Both the position numbers and the translations under genes were made by a program. A stretch of 64,000 nucleotides of DNA from Octopus sinensis (Eukaryota), in contig NC_043007.1 in assembly GCF_006345805.1 (NCBI RefSeq), forward strand, positions 68,448,001 to 68,512,000, in the 5' to 3' direction. Below the pieces are notes generated by a model that was not told the DNA's origin, made no database searches, and was given only the letters and a program-made list of their open reading frames with translations. The first letter of the stretch is position 1. Every line of letters starts with the position of its first letter. Shown one piece after another: positions 57,345-64,000 of the stretch.

Positions 57345-58149
57345 CCCCCCTCTCCCCCTCCTCACCTATCCTTTCCCCCCGACCCCTACTTCTTCAGTCC
57401 TGCATCCTTTCACCCCTACTCCCCTTCCCCTCTTCCCTCTTTCTCCCTCCCTCCTTCCCTCTGCTCCCTCACTCCCTCACTCCCCTTCTCTCTCCCCCTC
57501 TCCCTCTGTCCACCTTCCTCCCCCTTCTCTCTCTCCCCCTCCTCTCCTCTTCGCCCCTCTCCTCCCCCTCTTCTTCCCCTCCCCTTCTCCCCCCTCTTCT
57601 CCTCACTACACCACACGACTTTACACATCACATCATATATGATGTGCCATACTAATACATACACCAACTAATACATACTAATACGTACTAATACATACTA
57701 ATATATACACCAACCCTATACATACACACGTCCAGACCCCTCATACGCACTTATACTCTCTCATACACACACACACACACTTATACATACTAATACGTAC
57801 TAATACATACTAATACATACTAATACATACACCAACCCCATACATACGCACGTCCAGACCAATCCTACGCACTAATACTCTCTCATACACACACACACAC
57901 ACACACACCACACACACCCTTATACATACTAATACATACACACGTCCAGACCCCTCCTACGCACTATTAGCTGGTCCTTCAACCCTTTTATCAACCCTAT
58001 TATCAACCCTATTATCTCCCCTTATTTCGCTCTCGCGTCTCATGTTTGATCTTTGACCTCTGGCCGAAATCAGATCGCCATGTTGATTCGTTAGCTACTG
58101 CACGCATTTTTTTCTCTCCTTCTTTCTGTGTTTTTTTTCTCTCTGTGTA

Positions 58150-58187
58150 TCTTTCTGTTGAAGAGCGTAGGCTCGAAACGTTAAAGA
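58150..58187 (+). ncRNA. Minimal type I hammerhead-like motif with variant core CUGUUGA
   Basis: TCTTT-CTGTTGA-A-GAGC.gtag.GCTC-GAAACGTT-AAAGA; stems I and II pair perfectly; palindromic AACGTT stem III. Confidence 0.65.
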
Positions 58188-58284
58188 CTTGTTTTATTTA
58201 TATTTCCTGAGCGCCATACTAATACAATTGTTCGTTTGTTTTCCACCTGCCTTCGTCTTTTGTCTATTTTCATAAAGCTTCCCG

Positions 58285-58329
<45 letters not shown>

Positions 58330-58333
<4 letters not shown>

Positions 58334-59240
58334 AGGTGGTATCAAAACGAGTGCATTGTCGTCATGAAGAATCTAATTATTCGCGCTCCACAAACCCAAT
58401 CGCTTTCACAAACCCTTCAAAACGTTACAGTAAAACTCTCCACCGACAGTCTGTCCCTGTGGGACGGATTCTCGATGCACGATACCGCAGATGTCAAAAA
58501 AACCCCAAAAAACGTTGAGCATGTTCATGCTCTTGGTTGAGCCGAGACTCTGTCGCAGCTTCTTCGGACGTAGAGATGAAGGGCTCTTCCACTGTCACGA
58601 TTGCTGCTTCGTCTCAGGGTTGTACCGGTAGACCCAACTCTCGTTACCGGTTCTGATCCTGAACATGAAGGATGGGCCATCAGCGGCACGCTGAAGGAGA
58701 TCTTGACAGAGTTCGACTCGATGTTCTTTCTGCCCAGTGATCAGCATACAGGGGACAAACTTGATAGAGACATGCTGCATGTCCAGTTCAGACGTAAGGA
58801 TAGCTTGCACGGATCCATATGATAGACCAACGGCATCAGCAATGTTGTTGATTCTCTTTCGACGATCTTCATGCACAAGCTGAGGAATTTTCTCTACATT
58901 TCCGGGGGTGACACTCGTGGCAGATCTTCCAGATCACTCATCGTCTTCCAGGGACGTTCTTCCGCTTATGGAGTGCCCGCGATACTCGAAATATTGCGTA
59001 CGACCCATTGTCACATGCCTCTGTAGCAGACTTCCCGACGCAAAATTTCATGTTGAATCTTTGTTCCAACTTCCTGTCCAGGACAAAATCTCAAACTACA
59101 GCACACAACTGATCACAAAACACAAATTTCCCAACGTGTGGAGTAAACACAGCAATGTAACACGGCACACTGCCTCATGAAGGTCCCTGTTAGCTTTCAG
59201 TGCACACGCAACTGCGTGCTGCCATCTGTTGGTGCGCTGT
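58330..59240 (-). mobile_element. mariner transposon remnant (irritans/Hsmar2-like), internally deleted
   Basis: EDRRKRINNIADAVGLSYGSVQAILTSELDM..KFVP..TGNESWVYRYNPETKQQS; TA|AGAGGTGGTATCAAAA end. Confidence 0.85.
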
Positions 59241-61208
59241 GTACCTATTCACACATTTGTAGACGATGACCATTGTCATGAAATTAATACTAGAACAAGA
59301 CTGGTTGTGATTCTATAGGCTCATAACAAAAGTTGTAGATTTGGAACTCAGGATATAAGAAAATACTGCACGCCACTTTGCCCACTGCTTCGGTCACTTC
59401 ATAATTTATATAATCACAACGAGTACAAACAATCTAAAGATAATTTCGTTGTTTCTTTCCTTTATAGTTTGGAAAGGGCGGATATTCAGATAAACAAGCT
59501 AAAACCAAAGTAAAATCAAAAGAAATCAAATTAAATATTTTCATGCTGAAATGTTATTGCATAGTGGAAGATCCATTTTATCTATTAACGAACACTCAGG
59601 TCTCTTGTGTTATCTTTAGTTTATGTTTATTTCTTGAAATATCAACATTTTGGTTGCAATTCTGCGACAAGGTCTCGAAAGTAATTTCACTAAAATCGTT
59701 GAAAATTTTGTTATTGGCCAACGTTTGTAATCTTTAGGGAGTTTACTGGATTTCAGCTTATTATTTTTATAATCTTTGAACCTACAGCCTACTGTGTTGT
59801 TGTGTTGTTGTTGTTGTTTGGCTGTGTGATACGGGTAGTCTTCATAATCCGTTTTAGATTTAAATCTGCTGCTGTATAACAGTCACTGATTTCAGTTAAA
59901 CGAATTTTCTTTATTTTGTCGTCGTTGTTGCTTCTGTACATATTGAAAGGTTGCTCTCTATGGTTGCATAACGTGTGTTTAAAATAATTCTGAATAAGTG
60001 CATATCTGCTGACATTAAATTCTTGCAATGTTGATATATTTAACTGATGGAAAGAAAGGGCGTATTATATCGGAGAAGTAACATATATAGCATCAAACTT
60101 TTATGTATATTTCTGTTTACACACGCCAGTCTTTATGCACAGTGATATATATACACATACATATACAAACACGCATACATATTTAAATGTATGTTTGTAT
60201 TGAACTACTCTAGGGAGATCTGATCTATGCGACTTCTTATGTGTGAGATACAGTTGTTTGATACAGATACGTTTGATACGGATTCGTACTTTCTACTGCA
60301 TACAGTTTCAGTTACCTGTTTTAGTATTACACCATAAGGATATATAGATATGATATCCCTATTGAGTCTACTAATGCGCTATCATGTTTATCAAAGTGGT
60401 AATATATGAAAATAAGTTGTCTTTCGGTATAGTTTCACCACTGGTTTTGGATCATCATCTGTGCAGAGAGGTTGCATATGGCATTTCTTTGCTCGAGATC
60501 ATTTAATTTTTAACTTGCTGCAGGCATCTGGGTTTGTGACAATGTTTATTTACAGGTTTATCTGTCAAAATTATAGAACAGACTTCACATAATCAATCTG
60601 TTGACTATACTAATTTTAAAATACATTATATAAACTGGAATAATCTTTTTCTGTGATACTTGATAATTACATTTCGAAGGTAAATTATAGAATGTGCTTT
60701 CACCGTTTTAAGTTTAGCATTTTAGAATATATTCCTCTTATGTACCAGAATTCTATATCATGCTTAAGAAAAAAGTATTCCAAAGCAGTGTTGAGCTTAG
60801 CCATCTCAATGAAGGTCACTATAAAACATCAAAACGAATTAATAGTGTAAGTAATGTAAAATGATTTCAAACACTTTTAATTCCCTTGTAAGTGATCTTA
60901 TCAGAGAAAACTAGTCAATTTGTTGTGTGGGCTAATGGATGAAAAAAGTTCACAACATAAAATCTGTTATAAAACTAGTTCCAATATTTCAATAATTTAC
61001 AGTCTTGTTGAGGAAGCAGCAACTGAATACTAATATAAGATTGATACACACAGACACGAATATATTCATTATATTCCCTGTATATTAACAATTCCAATAA
61101 TTCTAAACACATAAAAATGACTTTAACATTATATGATACGGATCGAACCAGTGGAATACGTTGGATTATATTATCCCTAATGCGGACTTAACTTCCTAGA
61201 AGTAACAA

Positions 61209-61259
<51 letters not shown>

Positions 61260-61262
<3 letters not shown>

Positions 61263-61522
61263 TATTTTAAGGGCCCCTGAAAAAATGTTACTATAGGTAT
61301 ATGTGATGGTATGTATCGCAAGAAACAGCTAGGTTTATTTTTCTAACGATTCATATAGTTCAATCCATACAAGTTCATGTGTGAAAAACAAAATGGGTGT
61401 TTTGAAAGCTTCTATAAAGTCAATTTTTAAACATCAAATGGCTATGGGGTCCACCAGAATAAAATAGTATTTCAAAGGGGCCCCTAGATAAAAAGAAAAG
61501 TGGTTGTGAAACCCTGTTTTAG
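61260..61522. mobile_element. hAT-like non-autonomous element
   Basis: GGGGTCC/GGGCCC subterminal motifs and GGTTGTGAAACCCTG end resemble hAT-Charlie-type MITE termini. Confidence 0.45.
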
Positions 61523-61607
61523 AGTTTGTTATTCACTGTTTAAATAGGGATTGTTTTATCACAAACATACATACAAACACTAAAACCAACACACATATAC
61601 ATATACC

Positions 61608-61825
61608 CATACATAAACATACATAGAGAGCGTCGTACACATACATACATATGCACACATAAACACATACACCCACTAAAAAACATATATATATATATAT
61701 ATATATGAATACAAGTGCATGTGCGTTTATGCTTCTTTGCGTGTATCCGTAGTCTTATGTTTTTTAGTGGGTGTATGTGTTTATGTGTGCATATGTATGT
61801 GTACGACGCTCTCTATGTATGTATA
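61608..61825. repeat. ~70 bp inverted repeat (61617-61688 / 61756-61822)
   Basis: ACATAGAGAGCGTCGTACAC..CACCCACTAAAAAACATA vs TATGTTTTTTAGTGGGTG..GTGTACGACGCTCTCTATGT. Confidence 0.9.
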
Positions 61826-61937
61826 TATATATATATATATATATAGTAAAAAGGTAATAAAATAAATTATTATTACCGGTGATCTAGTACAAAAGACAAA
61901 ATAGCCATTAGGCTATATGTTATTCATATATAAGTAC

Positions 61938-62124
61938 ATTAAAAGGCCTCTAAAAGAAGAAGCAAGTACTAGATACACAAAAAGTGGATAAATTCAATGA
62001 AAGGAAAATCAAAAACGTTTACAAACTCGGCTCGAGTTTGTAAACGTTTTTGATTTTCCTTTCATTGAATTTATCCACTTTTTGTGTATCTAGTACTTGC
62101 TTCTTCTTTTAGAGGCCTTTTAAT
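61938..62124. repeat. Perfect 92 bp-arm hairpin with 3 nt loop
   Basis: 61938-62029 is the reverse complement of 62033-62124; loop GCT. Confidence 0.95.
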
Positions 62125-62223
62125 ATATATATATATACATATAATAATAAATATTAGGGAATAAATCCAAATTTACAGGGAAAAAATCAGATTTAGGATT
62201 AAATCGATTTTATAGTAAAATAT

Positions 62224-62473
62224 TATAAAATATTATTCGAGACAAAACCACTATTTTGCAAAACAAACAAGGAAATACTTAATCAATACATAAAATTTTA
62301 ATAAATAGTCAAAATTTGACACTGAATTATTGGAAGTCCACCTGAAGATTGTCGATCAAGACAAGAAACGATTGTAGTGGCGGTTTTTTTGACTATTTAT
62401 TAAAATTTTATGTATTGATTAAGTATTTCCTTGTTTGTTTTGCAAAATAGTGGTTTTGTCTCGAATAATATTT

Positions 62474-62477
<4 letters not shown>
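62224..62477. repeat. ~91 bp perfect inverted repeat with a hammerhead in the spacer
   Basis: 62224-62314 vs 62387-62477. Confidence 0.95.
62338..62380 (+). ncRNA. Minimal type I hammerhead ribozyme with intact core
   Basis: CCAC-CTGAAGA-TTGTC.gatcaa.GACAA-GAAAC.gatt.GTA-GTGG; all three stems pair; predicted cleavage after GUA at 62376. Confidence 0.85.
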
Positions 62478-62515
<38 letters not shown>

Positions 62516-62527
62516 ATATAATATATA

Positions 62528-62566
<39 letters not shown>

Positions 62567-63029
62567 CATCAATGAAAGAGAAAAGGAGGGAAGATGGAGA
62601 ATTAAGTAGATCAAGAATAAAGAAAAGAAATTTTGGGTGTGGTAATTTTTTGTATGAAATGGTTCTATAAAGCCCTGTAAATTGCAAAGGTGCCTGCAAG
62701 CAAGTCTACTTACCAATACGGTCGCAGACAAAGGCGGCGAGCTGGCAGAATCTTTAACACGCTGCGGTTAATTTCTCTTTGTGAGAATTTGGTTAGTAAT
62801 TGTTATTATTTATTGTTATTGTTGCCATTTACTGTTAAATTTTGAACTTTTCTTGTTGTTCTACGTTCTGTTACGGGGTGGGGGAGTCATTTTTGAAATA
62901 ATTTTTGAAAAAATATTTTGGAAAATATTTATTTTTGTGAAAATAAATTCGGATGACAAGTCTTCTAACCCTGACCAAGCTAACCAAAGACCAACTGTAA
63001 AACAAGACAAAATGAATGAAAATGTGGAC

Positions 63030-64000
63030 GAAAGCCACATAAATGCAGTAAACGGGAAAATAACCAAGACTATGAGGCGGTTAAAGCACCAGGGCTGGAT
63101 GGTCTATCCTATGAGCTGTATAAGAGTATGCCGGACTTGTTCGGACACCTATTGTGGCAACAGAATGGGCTCATCCCCAGATTTGTACGCCGGGGAATGG
63201 TGACGCTCGTCAGAAAGGACCCGAACAAGGGGGTTGTCATTGATAATTTTCGGCCCACCACTCTGCTCAACGCAGAGCTGCAGATTTTATCCAAAGTGAT
63301 ATCGAAAAGATTGGCGCCTGTCGCGAATGTGTTGATCGGGAGAGCACAGACATGTACCATCCCCGGCAGATCCATTCAGGGTAATCTCCATCTTATGCAA
63401 TACACTAAAGACGCAATTAATAACGATTCCGGCAATGGAAAGGCAGTGGTCCATTTAGACCAATCAAAAACTTTTGATAGGGTCGACCATCCCTACCTGG
63501 TGTCCGTTCTGGCACAGTTCGGCCTGGGCCTTGGCTTCCTCAAGTGGATCATTCAAATGTGTGACTTGGTAGTTCGGGTGAACAGCTTTGTTTCTAAGCC
63601 GTCAAACGCTCGGTTCGTCAAGGATGTCTGCTCTCTCCGCTTTTGTATGTGAGCCTTTGCTGCGAAAGCTGAGCGGCATTCCGAGACAGCCAGGTTGTGA
63701 GATGTCGGTTTCAGCCTACCCGGATGACATCACCATCATCGTGACCAAAATGGCTCTCCTACAGAGGGTAGGCAAGGCCATTGAGGAATACGAGACGGTG
63801 GCAGGAGCAAAAGATAATCGTGAAAATCAGTCGGCTTGCAGATCGGCACCTGGAGAGGCAAGTCGATACCTCCTGACAGTGTCGTGGAACGTTGGACGGA
63901 GGGTCCGATTAAGTTGCTAGGAGTTTATTTCGGATCAGACCTCTATATAGAGAAGAATTAGGCAGAGGTATCGAGCAGGGTGACCCACATTGCCAAGACT
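63030..64000 (+). mobile_element. Tx1/L1-clade LINE reverse transcriptase remnant, runs off window
   Basis: KAPGLDGLSYELYK, NFRPTTLLNAELQILSKV, LDQSKTFDRVDH, SAYPDDIT; frameshifted. Confidence 0.9.

Larger units (their letters stand above)
57039..58285 (+). mobile_element. 5'-truncated Penelope-like retroelement (GIY-YIG endonuclease plus 3' tail/pLTR) inserted in (TA)n
   Basis: Uninterrupted CTSSNIIYCISCSLCNSLYIGQTGRRLADRFAEH..VSRHF..REQELIFSLRSYTPFGLN; C-rich tail; ~120 bp tandem units and CATACTAATA repeats at 57648-57965; TA tracts on both sides. Confidence 0.92.

Noticed and set aside
57648-57965. Repeat-spacer-like array (CATACTAATA units)
   Set aside because: Tandem minisatellite in a PLE tail; spacers are not unique, no cas genes, eukaryotic context; not CRISPR.

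Overview
AT-rich, microsatellite-dense eukaryotic non-coding DNA. The tRNA-derived SINE families and (TA)n/(CA)n/(TATC)n load strongly resemble octopod cephalopod (Octopus) genomes; this is inference from memory, not a search. I found no intact host protein-coding gene, and most listed ORFs are translated microsatellites. The window holds many decayed transposons: a Helitron helicase remnant, five Tc1/mariner fossils, RTE, R4/Dong-like, CR1/L2 and Tx1/L1 LINE fragments, a Penelope-like element (PLE) with a GIY-YIG endonuclease, MITEs, and about 20 copies of two SINE families. The most striking pattern is about 13 minimal type I hammerhead-ribozyme (HHR) motifs in short non-coding elements inserted in or beside (TA)n tracts. 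Three have an intact CUGANGA/GAAA core and the rest are decayed or have variant cores. Several sit inside long inverted repeats (foldbacks). PLE-associated minimal HHRs are known; the density, family diversity, variant cores and foldback architecture here deserve follow-up. Some perfect palindromes could be assembly artefacts.
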